Of a DNA stretch of 64,000 nucleotides, positions 9,294 to 17,527 are shown piece after piece. Every line of letters starts with the position of its first letter. Position 1 is the stretch's first letter. The DNA lies in the NCBI GenBank assembly GCA_964561605.1, contig CAZLQD010000036.1, positions 53,447 through 117,446 of the forward strand. Direction: 5' to 3'. The notes under the pieces were generated by a model, which did no database searches, had not been told where the DNA came from, and saw only the letters and a program-made list of their open reading frames with translations. Position numbers and translations under genes: made by a program. This stretch comes from an uncultured Planctomycetia bacterium (lineage in GTDB: Bacteria > Planctomycetota > UBA1135 > JALUZX01).

Positions 9294-9794
9294 TTGGAGA
9301 TCCATCCTCTGCCCGGCGGGGGCCTCCTGGTCGAACACATTCCCGCCGCCTTGGTGACCATCCTCCGCACGGTTCCTGCGATCCTCTCCGGCCTGGACCC
9401 CTACTCGGAAGGACCCCTCTTCCCCAGGGCCTTCGAGGATGATGAGGAGGAGGCCCAGTGGAAGCGCTACGCCCGGCCCGACCTGGCCCATCTCTTCCAG
9501 ACCAGGCTGGAGGTGATCGCGGGGGACCTGGCCGGAATGGAACTCCAGGAGGATGGATGTGGCCCCGGGGAGGAGGAGTCCTTCCGCCTGGTGATCCCCG
9601 CCGGGCACGAGGCGGCCTGGCTTGCAGGGCTCAACGCCGTCAGGCTGTTCATCTACACCAAGCTGAAATTCTCCCCCGAGGAGATGAAGCTGGAGCCCCA
9701 GGAGTTGGAAGACCCGGCGAAGGCCCTGGCCTTGTTCGAGATCCAGGCCCTGGCCGTCTTCCAGCAGGCCATCCTGGAGAGCACCCAGGGGTGA
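9294..9794 (+). CDS. DUF2017-like protein (ClpS-associated)
   Basis: TTG start 4 nt after the clpS stop. The pattern LFPRAFEDDEEEAQWKRYARPDL...AAWLAGLNAVRLFIYTKL resembles the DUF2017 family, which sits next to clpS in actinobacteria. Assignment is from memory only. Confidence 0.55.
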   Translation: MEIHPLPGGGLLVEHIPAALVTILRTVPAILSGLDPYSEGPLFPRAFEDDEEEAQWKRYARPDLAHLFQTRLEVIAGDLAGMELQEDGCGPGEEESFRLVIPAGHEAAWLAGLNAVRLFIYTKLKFSPEEMKLEPQELEDPAKALALFEIQALAVFQQAILESTQG

Positions 9795-9895
9795 TCCTCT
9801 TTCCTGCGGGCCCCTTCAACTCCATTCTTCCCTTTTTCCGATAAGAAGGGACGGAAAGAAGATCTCTCCCGGGGAGGGAGAGAGGAGTTCGGAGC

Positions 9896-10786
9896 ATGCA
9901 GGGGGGAAGATCCATGGGGAGAAGGTTTCTTTGGCTTTGGGCGGTCCTTCTCTCTCTCCTCTTCGCCCGCCCGGCGCCGGCGGGGGACATCGTCCGCCTG
10001 AAGAACGGCAGGACCGTCGAAGGGAAGGTGATCTCCCTGACCCCTTCTGTGGTGACCATCAAGCTGGAGCAGGGAATCCTCCGTCTTCCCCGGAAGGAGG
10101 TGGTCTCCATCCAGATGGAAAAGACCTCCCTGGCTCTCCCGCCCCCCCCTCCATCGGAAGGAAAGGCCGAGAAGATCCTGGAGCCCCCCAGGGAGCCCGA
10201 ACCGGGCGAGGAGGGTTGGAAGCCCCCTGTAGCGGAATCTCCTTCCAAGGAAGAGGCCGGGAAGGCGGCGGGAACGGAGAAGGAAGCTCCCAAGCCTTCC
10301 GGGAAACCCGCCGCAGAGGGGAAGGTCTCCCCCCCGAAGGGACCGGCCCGGTCCGCCGGGAAGGAACGATCCCTCTCCGGAGGGGACGAGGTGGTGGACT
10401 ACCTGCTGAAGCGGTATGTCTGGCTCGTTCCCTCGAGTACGGGAAACCGGATCAGCCTGGGGATCGGGATCCTCTTCCTGCTGACCCTGGCGAGCTATTT
10501 CTCGGCCAAGCTGGCCGATGTGGAGGACATCACCCTCTCCCGGGCTTTCATCTTCACCGTGGCGGGACTGCTGGTCTTCCTCGGGGAGGCCGCCCTGGCC
10601 TGGCACGGGACCTGGCCCATCCTGGCCGGGCTGGGAGGATTGGACCTCTTCCTCTGGTTCGCCGGGGTGCGGGTCTTCCTGGGGGAAGGGGCCTGGAAGG
10701 GATTCCTCATGTTGGCCTTCTTCTCCTTCGCCCTGTTGGTCTGCGTCCTCTGGCTCGAGATCTGGGGCTACGTCCTTTCCTTGTAG
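9896..10786 (+). CDS. Hypothetical secreted/membrane protein: signal peptide, small beta domain, Pro/Lys/Glu-rich linker, polytopic C-terminus
   Basis: RBS GAGGAG before the ATG. Signal peptide FLWLWAVLLSLLFARPAPAG, low-complexity PPPPPSEGKAEK... linker, and 4-5 hydrophobic helices at the C-terminus. Confidence 0.55.
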   Translation: MQGGRSMGRRFLWLWAVLLSLLFARPAPAGDIVRLKNGRTVEGKVISLTPSVVTIKLEQGILRLPRKEVVSIQMEKTSLALPPPPPSEGKAEKILEPPREPEPGEEGWKPPVAESPSKEEAGKAAGTEKEAPKPSGKPAAEGKVSPPKGPARSAGKERSLSGGDEVVDYLLKRYVWLVPSSTGNRISLGIGILFLLTLASYFSAKLADVEDITLSRAFIFTVAGLLVFLGEAALAWHGTWPILAGLGGLDLFLWFAGVRVFLGEGAWKGFLMLAFFSFALLVCVLWLEIWGYVLSL

Positions 10787-10905
10787 GGAAGGATCGCGAA
10801 GAGCCGGCGCCGGGGGGGGGCGATTCCCGGGGGGCGGGCTTTCCCTCCCTCCTTCCCTCCTTCCGGGTGTTTGCCCCGTCGGGCGGTGAGGGCAGAATAG
10901 CCTCC

Positions 10906-11934
10906 ATGGAAGGAATGGAGGCCCTTTTCCAGGTTCCCGCGGGGGACGGCAAGGTCCAGTGCCGGCTCTGCCCTCATGCCTGCCTCCTTCCCGAGGGGGG
11001 ACGGGGGCGGTGCGGCGTTCGGGTGGTCCGGGGAGGAAAGCTCCGGACCCTGGTGGGTGACCGGGTGGTGGCCCTCCACGTCGACCCGGTGGAGAAGAAA
11101 CCCTTCTACCACGTCCTCCCGGGAGAACCGGTCCTGAGTTTCGCCGCGGTGGGTTGCAACTTCACCTGCCGGTTCTGCCAGAACGCATCCATCTCCCAGT
11201 TCCGGGGAGGCTCCCCGCCGGGGGAGAAGATGGGGGCCGGGGAGATCGTGGATGCCGCCCTGCGTTCCCGGTGCCGGATGACGGCCGCCACCTACACCGA
11301 GCCCACGGTCTTCTTCGAACTGGCCCGGGAGGTGGGGATCGAGGGGAAGTCCCGGGGGTTGCTCAACCTCTGGGTGACCAACGGCTTCCTCTCCCCCCAG
11401 GCCAGGGCGGACCTGGCGGAGTGGCTCGACGGGGCCAACGTGGACCTGAAGTCCATGAGGGACGAGACCTATCGCTCCTACTGCGGGGGAAGGCTGGCCC
11501 CCGTCCTGGAGACCATCGAATACCTGGTCTCCCGGGGGGTGTGGGTCGAGGTGACCACCCTGGTGGTTCCGGGCATGAACGATTCCCCGGAGGAACTCCG
11601 CCGGGCCGCCCGTTTCCTGGCCGCTCTCTCCCCGGACCTTCCCTGGCACGTGACGGCCTTCCACCCGGACTACGAGATGATCGACAGGGGGCCAACTCCT
11701 CCCGCCACTCTGGCAGCCGCCGTGGAGATCGGCCGCGAGGAGGGCTTGAGGTACGTCTATCCCGGAAACGTCCATATTTCCGGGGGAGGGGATACATTGT
11801 GCCCCTCCTGCGGGAGGATCCTCCTTCGAAGGAGTGGGTTCGCTCTCGTCGAGAACCGCCTGGTGAATGGAAAATGCCCGGCCTGCGGGGGGAAGCCGGC
11901 CGGGCTCTTCGATTGGGGCGCGGGAAGGACCTGA
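10906..11934 (+). CDS. amrS: AmmeMemoRadiSam system radical SAM enzyme
   Basis: N-terminal Cys cluster VQCRLCPHACLLPEGGRGRCGVR, radical SAM CNFTCRFCQNASIS, C-terminal CPSCG...CPACG. The ATG at 10906 is in frame with track ORF 9931, whose 5' part is a shadow of the previous gene. Confidence 0.85.
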   Translation: MEGMEALFQVPAGDGKVQCRLCPHACLLPEGGRGRCGVRVVRGGKLRTLVGDRVVALHVDPVEKKPFYHVLPGEPVLSFAAVGCNFTCRFCQNASISQFRGGSPPGEKMGAGEIVDAALRSRCRMTAATYTEPTVFFELAREVGIEGKSRGLLNLWVTNGFLSPQARADLAEWLDGANVDLKSMRDETYRSYCGGRLAPVLETIEYLVSRGVWVEVTTLVVPGMNDSPEELRRAARFLAALSPDLPWHVTAFHPDYEMIDRGPTPPATLAAAVEIGREEGLRYVYPGNVHISGGGDTLCPSCGRILLRRSGFALVENRLVNGKCPACGGKPAGLFDWGAGRT

Positions 11935-11964
11935 GGATAGGCGTCCCTCCCGGAGTCCCCGTGC

Positions 11965-12582
11965 TCACTCGGTGCGGTCGTTCTTCAGCCGGGGATGGAT
12001 GTCGTATTTCCTGAGCTTGCGGTAGATCGTGGCCCTTCCCAGCTTGAGGGCCCTGGCGGTCTGCTGGATATTCCCTCCCGTGATCCGAAGGGCCCGCTCG
12101 ATGATCCTCTTCTCCTCCTCCCTGAAGGGGAGGATCTCACCCGTGTCCCTCTGGGGCTCGGGCCTCGGCTCGGGGGTGGGTGGGCCCTGGATCCTCTCGG
12201 TGCCCTGGCGCGCGGAGAGGAGGAGCCGGGGTTCACTCACAGGCATCTGCAGGACGTCGTAGATCCCGTGTGGAGCGAGCTCCTGGATCGCCTTGTCGGC
12301 GTTCCGGGAGAAGACCACGATCTTTACGTTCGGCGCGATTTGGTGGGCCTTCTGGGCCAGCTCCACCAGGGTCAGCCCGGGCAGGTCCTCGTCCACGAAC
12401 ATGGTCTCCACGGCCTGGCTCCCCAGGAGGCGGAGGGCCTCGTGGGCGTCCCTCGCCTGGAGAACCCCGTAGCCGGCCTTCTGGAGGTTCCTGGTCATGG
12501 CTTCCCGGAGGCCCGATTTCGCGTCGGCCAGGAGCAACTTACCCTTGTTGTTCTTCATGGTGCTGTTATAAGTGCCGTTCAT
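11965..12582 (-). CDS. Response regulator: receiver domain + Fis-type HTH, no AAA+ module
   Basis: REC (KLLLADAKSG...MFVDEDLPG...IVVFSRN) and C-terminal Fis-family HTH (IIERALRITGGNIQQTARALKLGRATIYRKLRKY). ATG 12582 is preceded by GAGGAG. Confidence 0.8.
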   Translation of the reverse strand: MNGTYNSTMKNNKGKLLLADAKSGLREAMTRNLQKAGYGVLQARDAHEALRLLGSQAVETMFVDEDLPGLTLVELAQKAHQIAPNVKIVVFSRNADKAIQELAPHGIYDVLQMPVSEPRLLLSARQGTERIQGPPTPEPRPEPQRDTGEILPFREEEKRIIERALRITGGNIQQTARALKLGRATIYRKLRKYDIHPRLKNDRTE

Positions 12583-12725
12583 CCCCCTACTCCTCGTGCT
12601 ACCAGGTTCTATGCTTCTATTCGGCACGGGGCGTGGGAGGAGTTGAGGAGTGTTTCTTTCTGATGGCAGCAACCATCACTAGTGGATCGAAACAAGGCGG
12701 TTAACCAGGCCAAAAATTTCCTCCC

Positions 12726-13397
12726 TTGCCCGAAACGTCTTCATTCTTGCTTCTTTGCCTGGGCGTCGGTCTTTGTAAGACCCTCCTGACCCTGGGCGCA
12801 ACCCCCCCCGGGAAGGAGGAGCCTTTCCAGCCCACCTGGACGGAACGGCTCTCCTATCCCTTTCTTGCCTGGGCCCTCTTCCTCCTGCTCTTCTGGCCGG
12901 GAACCCTATCCCGGCCCTTTCTGGTGGGAGGCCTCCGGATTCTGGCCGGTCTCGGGGTCCTTTGCCTGGCCTTCCTCTTCATGGACCGGGCCAGACTCCT
13001 GGAAGGGTTCCTCCTCTTGAGACCCGATCCCTGGTTGCCCCCCAGGGGGGTCCTGCCCATGGGCGTGGGATGGGGCCCTCGGGAGGAATTCCTTTGCGCC
13101 CTGGTACTTGGGACATGCGGGGCCGCCCTGGTCTCGGGGATGGGGGCCCTCCAGGCCCTCCGCTTCCTGGGGCTCTCCTGGGGGGGGCTCTTCCTGCCCT
13201 CTCTCTTGGGGAACCTGGGGGCGTCTTTCCTGAAAAGCCGGAAAGACCTGGGAACCTGCCAGGATCTTCCTTGTTGCTACCTCAGGCCCAGGTTCTTCCG
13301 GGCCATGGTGGGCCTTTGCGGCCTGGCCCTCACCTTCCTGGGGGCCTGGTCCCTGGGGCTGGGCCTGGAAACCTGGGTCCCCCGGGCCGGGGGATGA
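12726..13397 (+). CDS. Hypothetical polytopic membrane protein
   Basis: TTG start. The product is strongly hydrophobic and Leu/Gly/Phe-rich with several predicted helices. No better frame on either strand. No family recognised. Confidence 0.4.
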   Translation: MPETSSFLLLCLGVGLCKTLLTLGATPPGKEEPFQPTWTERLSYPFLAWALFLLLFWPGTLSRPFLVGGLRILAGLGVLCLAFLFMDRARLLEGFLLLRPDPWLPPRGVLPMGVGWGPREEFLCALVLGTCGAALVSGMGALQALRFLGLSWGGLFLPSLLGNLGASFLKSRKDLGTCQDLPCCYLRPRFFRAMVGLCGLALTFLGAWSLGLGLETWVPRAGG

Positions 13398-13410
13398 GAG
13401 GGCCCGTTCT

Positions 13411-15528
13411 TCAGTCTTCCCCGGCCTGAGGGGGGAGCCCCGAGGCCGATGGCCCGGCCCGGACCGGCCCCGGAGCGGGAAGGAAGAGGACGCTCTTCTC
13501 CGGGTCTCTTCCCAGGAAGAAGAGGAAGAGGGTCATCAAGAGGGCGCCCATGGGAAGGGAGAGGTAGACCCATACGTGGCCCAGGTAGGCCACGGGGATG
13601 TAGCCCGCCGCCAGGGCCGTGGCCATGGCGAGCATGGCGTAAGGCATCTGGGTCCTGGTGTGGTCCATGTGATCCGAGGCGGAGGCCACCGAGGAGAGGA
13701 TGGTCGTGTCCGAGATGGGGGAGCAGTGGTCCCCGAAGATGGATCCCTCCAGGACGGCCCCGATGGAGAGGATCAAGAGCCCCTGGTTCCCCAGGTGGGA
13801 GTGGGCCCCCAGGCTCCAGGAGAGGACCACCACGTTGGGCAGGAGGAGGGCCATGGTGGACCAGGAGGAGCCCGTGGAGAAGGAGATGAGGCATCCTGCG
13901 GCGAAGAGGACCGTGGGAAGGATCTCCGGTTTCAGTGCGTGGGTGAAGGAGGCCACCAGGTAGGGGGCCGTGCCCAGGTCCCGGCAGACGTGGCCGATCG
14001 CCCAGGCCAGGAGCAGGATGGCGATGGCGAAGGTCAGGGCCCGGCTGGACTTGTAGGCCGAGACCAGGATCTCCACGGGCCGGAGGATGCCCTGGACCAG
14101 GGCAAGGATCGCCGCCAGGAGGAAGGCCAGGAAGGATGCCCAGAAGATGGCGTATACGCTCTCCATCCCCAGGACGTAGATGCCGACGACGGTGAAACCG
14201 ATGAGGAGGAGCAGGGGGAGGAGGGCGTTGGCCGCCCTGGCGGGAGCGCCTTCCTTGGGGGCCACGTTGGTCAGGTCCGCCGAGACCAGGGGTTTCCCTC
14301 CTTTCCTCACGAGTTCCCCCGTCCGAAGGGCCCGCTCGCAGGCCGCCCGCATGGGCCCGAACTCCCGTTTCAGGAGGATCGTAAGGAGCACCAGGAAGAG
14401 GGCGAAGATGCAGTAGAACCGGAAGGGGAGGGTGGATATGAAGATGGCGTATCCCTGGCTCTTGGGGATTCCCACTTCGGGGAGCTGGGCGCTGAAGGTG
14501 GTCACCTCGTAGGCGATCCAGGTGGAGATCACCGAAAGACCGGCCACGGGGGCGCTGGTGGAATCCACGATGTAGGCCAGCTTCTCCCGGGCCAGGCGGA
14601 GCCGGTCCGTGAGAGGCCGCATGGTGTTTCCCACGACGATGGTGTTGGCGTAGTCGTCGAAGAAGATGGCCACGCCCATGAGAAAGGTCACGAGCTGGGT
14701 GGTCCGCAAAGTGGAGGCCCGCTTGCGGAGGATCTCCACGAACCCCTGGATGCCTCCCATCCGGGTGGTGACCCCCACCGTGGCGGAGAGGAAGACCACG
14801 AAGCCCAGGATGGCCAGGTTGAACTGGTCCATCAGGCACCGCCTGTAGAGGATCTCCACGAAGAGGACCTCCACGGCCTTGGGCAGGTTCTCCAGGGCCT
14901 GGAGGAGGAGGCTCCATGCCTGGGAGAGAAAGGGGCCAGGCCCTTCCCGGAGGTTCAGCCCCGAAAGGAGGTGGGGTGAGGGGAGGGCCAGGATCCAGGC
15001 GCCCAGGAAGGCGCCGATGAAGAGCCCCAGGATGGTCCTTCCGATGAGGATGGCTGCAAGGATGGCTGCGAAGGGGGGGAGGAGGGAGATCCAGGAGAAG
15101 AAAGAGACCTTGCCCTGCTTGGAAGGGGAGAGGAAGGGATCCTCTTCGTGGGAGATCTTCCACTGGAACCCGTCTTTCAGCCTCAGGAACTCGGCCTGGA
15201 CCACCAGGTCCGGGTTCTGGTCGGTCAGGCGCAACTGGATTCCCGGGTAGGCCACGGTCCGGGACCACTCCCGGACCCGCCTTGCCAGGGCGTCCCGGAC
15301 TTCCGATCCCTCCGGTCCGTGGACCACGAGGGAGGAGATGGAGACGCCGAAAGGCACGGGATGGGCCGGCATCTCCTCGGGAGAGATCTTTGGGACCAGG
15401 CTCTCCAGGTGGGAGACCAGTACGTCCCCTGCCTGCAACTCGAAGAGCTTCGCCGGGTCGGGGGCCGGTACGAGGAAGGGGATCAGCAGGAGGAGGACGG
15501 TGAAGAAGACTTTGAACTTCCAGCCCAT
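13411..15528 (-). CDS. Na+/H+ antiporter, NhaC family, with ~140-aa N-terminal extension
   Basis: ATG at 15528 (MGWKFKVFFTVLLLL...). NhaC-like core: SLLPPFAAILAAILIGRTILGLFIGAFLG, STWIAYEV, GDHCSPISDTTILSS. Track ORF 13411-17433 extends 5' through the antisense of asnS. Confidence 0.85.
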   Translation of the reverse strand: MGWKFKVFFTVLLLLIPFLVPAPDPAKLFELQAGDVLVSHLESLVPKISPEEMPAHPVPFGVSISSLVVHGPEGSEVRDALARRVREWSRTVAYPGIQLRLTDQNPDLVVQAEFLRLKDGFQWKISHEEDPFLSPSKQGKVSFFSWISLLPPFAAILAAILIGRTILGLFIGAFLGAWILALPSPHLLSGLNLREGPGPFLSQAWSLLLQALENLPKAVEVLFVEILYRRCLMDQFNLAILGFVVFLSATVGVTTRMGGIQGFVEILRKRASTLRTTQLVTFLMGVAIFFDDYANTIVVGNTMRPLTDRLRLAREKLAYIVDSTSAPVAGLSVISTWIAYEVTTFSAQLPEVGIPKSQGYAIFISTLPFRFYCIFALFLVLLTILLKREFGPMRAACERALRTGELVRKGGKPLVSADLTNVAPKEGAPARAANALLPLLLLIGFTVVGIYVLGMESVYAIFWASFLAFLLAAILALVQGILRPVEILVSAYKSSRALTFAIAILLLAWAIGHVCRDLGTAPYLVASFTHALKPEILPTVLFAAGCLISFSTGSSWSTMALLLPNVVVLSWSLGAHSHLGNQGLLILSIGAVLEGSIFGDHCSPISDTTILSSVASASDHMDHTRTQMPYAMLAMATALAAGYIPVAYLGHVWVYLSLPMGALLMTLFLFFLGRDPEKSVLFLPAPGPVRAGPSASGLPPQAGED

Positions 15529-15672
15529 GCGGCCCGCCTTTTTACCACGATGGAGGCGGGATTTCCCCCGGAATCCGGGCCTGGGAGGAAGCTGGAGGAG
15601 CAGGGCCGGCCGTGCTAACCTCCCTTCCCCGGGACTTTCCCGGGTTTCCCCGGCTAGGAGGTCCAAGAAGCC

Positions 15673-16158
15673 ATGAAGGACTCCATCGTCCCCATCCTGA
15701 CCCTGGCGGCCCTTTTGCTGGCCTTCGTGCTCCTCTACGTGCGAACGGCCAGGTTCGAGGCCTACCTGAAGGAGCTCAAGGGCTTGAAGGGGCTCATCGA
15801 GAAGATCCGGAGCCTCAACGAGGCCGTCGAGAGGGTCCAGACCCAGGCCCTGGAGGAGCAGCTCTTCGATCTCAACGAGAAGACCGGGCGGATCCTGGAG
15901 ATCCTGGAGACCAGGGAGCGGGAGGCCAAGGTGGAGGCGAGGGAGTCCCTCCAGACCGCCTTGGAGACCTTCCTCTACGGCATGGGCTACGAGAAGGTGA
16001 AGCTCCTGGGGGACCTGAGAGAGGTTACGGGCCCGGGCCCCTTCGAGATCCAGGTGGAATGCGTGAAGGGGGACGTGGTCCACAAGGGGCCGGTGATCCT
16101 CCAGGCCGGAAGAGTGGTGGAATGCAGGTTGCGGCCTGCCTACGAGGTGTTTCCTTAG
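15673..16158 (+). CDS. Hypothetical membrane-anchored coiled-coil protein
   Basis: N-terminal TM (IVPILTLAALLLAFVLLYV) followed by a heptad-like charged region. Its stop TAG directly abuts the asnS ATG. Confidence 0.55.
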   Translation: MKDSIVPILTLAALLLAFVLLYVRTARFEAYLKELKGLKGLIEKIRSLNEAVERVQTQALEEQLFDLNEKTGRILEILETREREAKVEARESLQTALETFLYGMGYEKVKLLGDLREVTGPGPFEIQVECVKGDVVHKGPVILQAGRVVECRLRPAYEVFP

Positions 16159-17484
16159 ATGGCGGACGAGAAGAGAGATCGGGGCGGACTCCCGAGAGTC
16201 CGGGTCGGTCGCCTGGGCGAGCACCTGGGCGAATCGGTCGAGGTGGCGGGCTGGGTCTACCGGCTCCGGAGCAAGGGGAAGATCCACTTCCTCCTGGTCC
16301 GGGACGGGTCGGGCATCGTCCAGGCCGTCGGGGTGAAGAACCAGCTCGGCGGAGAGCTCTTCGACCTGGTGGGTTCCCTCACCCAGGAGACGTCCCTCTA
16401 CCTCAGGGGCAAGGTCCGGGCCGATTCCCGGGCTCCCGGGGGTGTGGAGATGGACATCCTGGACGTGGAGGTGGTCCAGAGGAGCTCGGACTACCCCATT
16501 ACGCCCAAGGAGCACGGCGTGGGTTTCCTGATGGAGCACAGGCACCTCTGGCTCCGTTCCCGGAAACAGGCCGCCGTGCTCAGGATCCGGGACGAGGTGA
16601 TCAAGGCGATCCGGGACTTCTTCTACGAGAGGGATTTCGCCTGCGTCGACTCCCCGATCTTCACGCCTGCGGCCTGCGAGGGCACGACGACCCTTTTCGA
16701 AGTCCAGTATTTCGGCGAAAAGGCCTACCTCACCCAGTCGGGCCAGCTCTACGCCGAGGCCTCGGCCATGGCCCTTGGCAAGGTCTACTGCTTCGGCCCC
16801 ACCTTCCGGGCGGAGAAATCCAAGACCCGCCGGCACCTGACGGAGTTCTGGATGGTCGAGCCCGAAGTGGCCTTCGCCGAGTTGGACGACGTGATGGAAC
16901 TGGCCGAGGAGATGGTGAGCTACGTCGTGGCCCGGTGCCTGGAGAGGCGCCGGCCCGAGCTGGAGACCCTGGAGAGGGACCTCTCCCGGCTGGAGAGGGT
17001 GAAGCCGCCCTTTCCCAGGATCACCTACGACGAAGCCGTGGAGATCCTCCGCAGGAAGGGCTTCACCGACTTCCCCTGGGGCGAGGATTTCGGAGCCCCC
17101 CACGAGACGGCCGTCTCCGAGGAGTTCGACCTTCCCGTCATGGTCCACCGCTACCCGGCCCAGGTGAAGGCCTTCTACATGAAGCGGGATCCCGAGAGGC
17201 CCGACGTGGCCCTCTGCGTGGACATGATCGCCCCCGAGGGATACGGCGAGATCATCGGGGGAAGCGAGAGGGAGGACGACCTGGAGACCTTGCAGGCCAG
17301 GATCCGGGAACACGATCTGCCGGAAGAAGCCTTCCGGTGGTACCTGGACCTCAGGCGCTTCGGTTCCTGCCCCCACGGCGGTTTCGGCCTGGGGATCGAG
17401 CGGACCGTGGCCTGGATCTGCGGCGTGGAACACCTGAGGGAGTGCATCCCCTTCCCCAGGATGCTCTACAAGATCTATCCCTAG
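16159..17484 (+). CDS. asnS: Asparagine--tRNA ligase
   Basis: Class IIb synthetase with an OB-fold N-terminus. Motif 2 region [24 protein letters not shown] is AsnRS-type. Motif 3: [14 protein letters not shown]. Confidence 0.88.
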   Translation: MADEKRDRGGLPRVRVGRLGEHLGESVEVAGWVYRLRSKGKIHFLLVRDGSGIVQAVGVKNQLGGELFDLVGSLTQETSLYLRGKVRADSRAPGGVEMDILDVEVVQRSSDYPITPKEHGVGFLMEHRHLWLRSRKQAAVLRIRDEVIKAIRDFFYERDFACVDSPIFTPAACEGTTTLFEVQYFGEKAYLTQSGQLYAEASAMALGKVYCFGPTFRAEKSKTRRHLTEFWMVEPEVAFAELDDVMELAEEMVSYVVARCLERRRPELETLERDLSRLERVKPPFPRITYDEAVEILRRKGFTDFPWGEDFGAPHETAVSEEFDLPVMVHRYPAQVKAFYMKRDPERPDVALCVDMIAPEGYGEIIGGSEREDDLETLQARIREHDLPEEAFRWYLDLRRFGSCPHGGFGLGIERTVAWICGVEHLRECIPFPRMLYKIYP

Positions 17485-17527
17485 GGACGGCGGGAGGATC
17501 CCCGGGGGCCGCCGGCGGAGAGGGGCT

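Noticed and set aside
6222-9608. A 1128-aa ORF antisense to the RND permease and clpS. Similar very long shadow ORFs: 5525-8917(+), 38822-42070(-), 19201-21255(-), 19443-21347(+), 17481-19340(-), 13277-15268(-), 23071-24588(-), 24856-26049(-), 24904-26097(+), 48074-49888(-), 56528-58879(+), 57588-59276(-), 61750-63861(+).
   Set aside because: The products are Arg/Pro/Gly/His-rich with no recognisable motifs. Each overlaps a frame with clear family signatures and normal composition. This is the expected stop-codon-poor artefact of a GC-rich genome.
13411-17433. Apparent giant ORFs whose 5' portions run through neighbouring genes: 13411-17433, 22995-27923, 9931-11934, 34013-37792, 38390-42010, 1653-2423, 1391-1900, 45071-45940, 48712-50664, 51548-52477.
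   Set aside because: Only the 3' portions have family motifs. Internal ATG/GTG/TTG codons with RBS-like purine tracts and signal peptides give sensible proteins. The 5' extensions overlap better-supported genes or are low-complexity.
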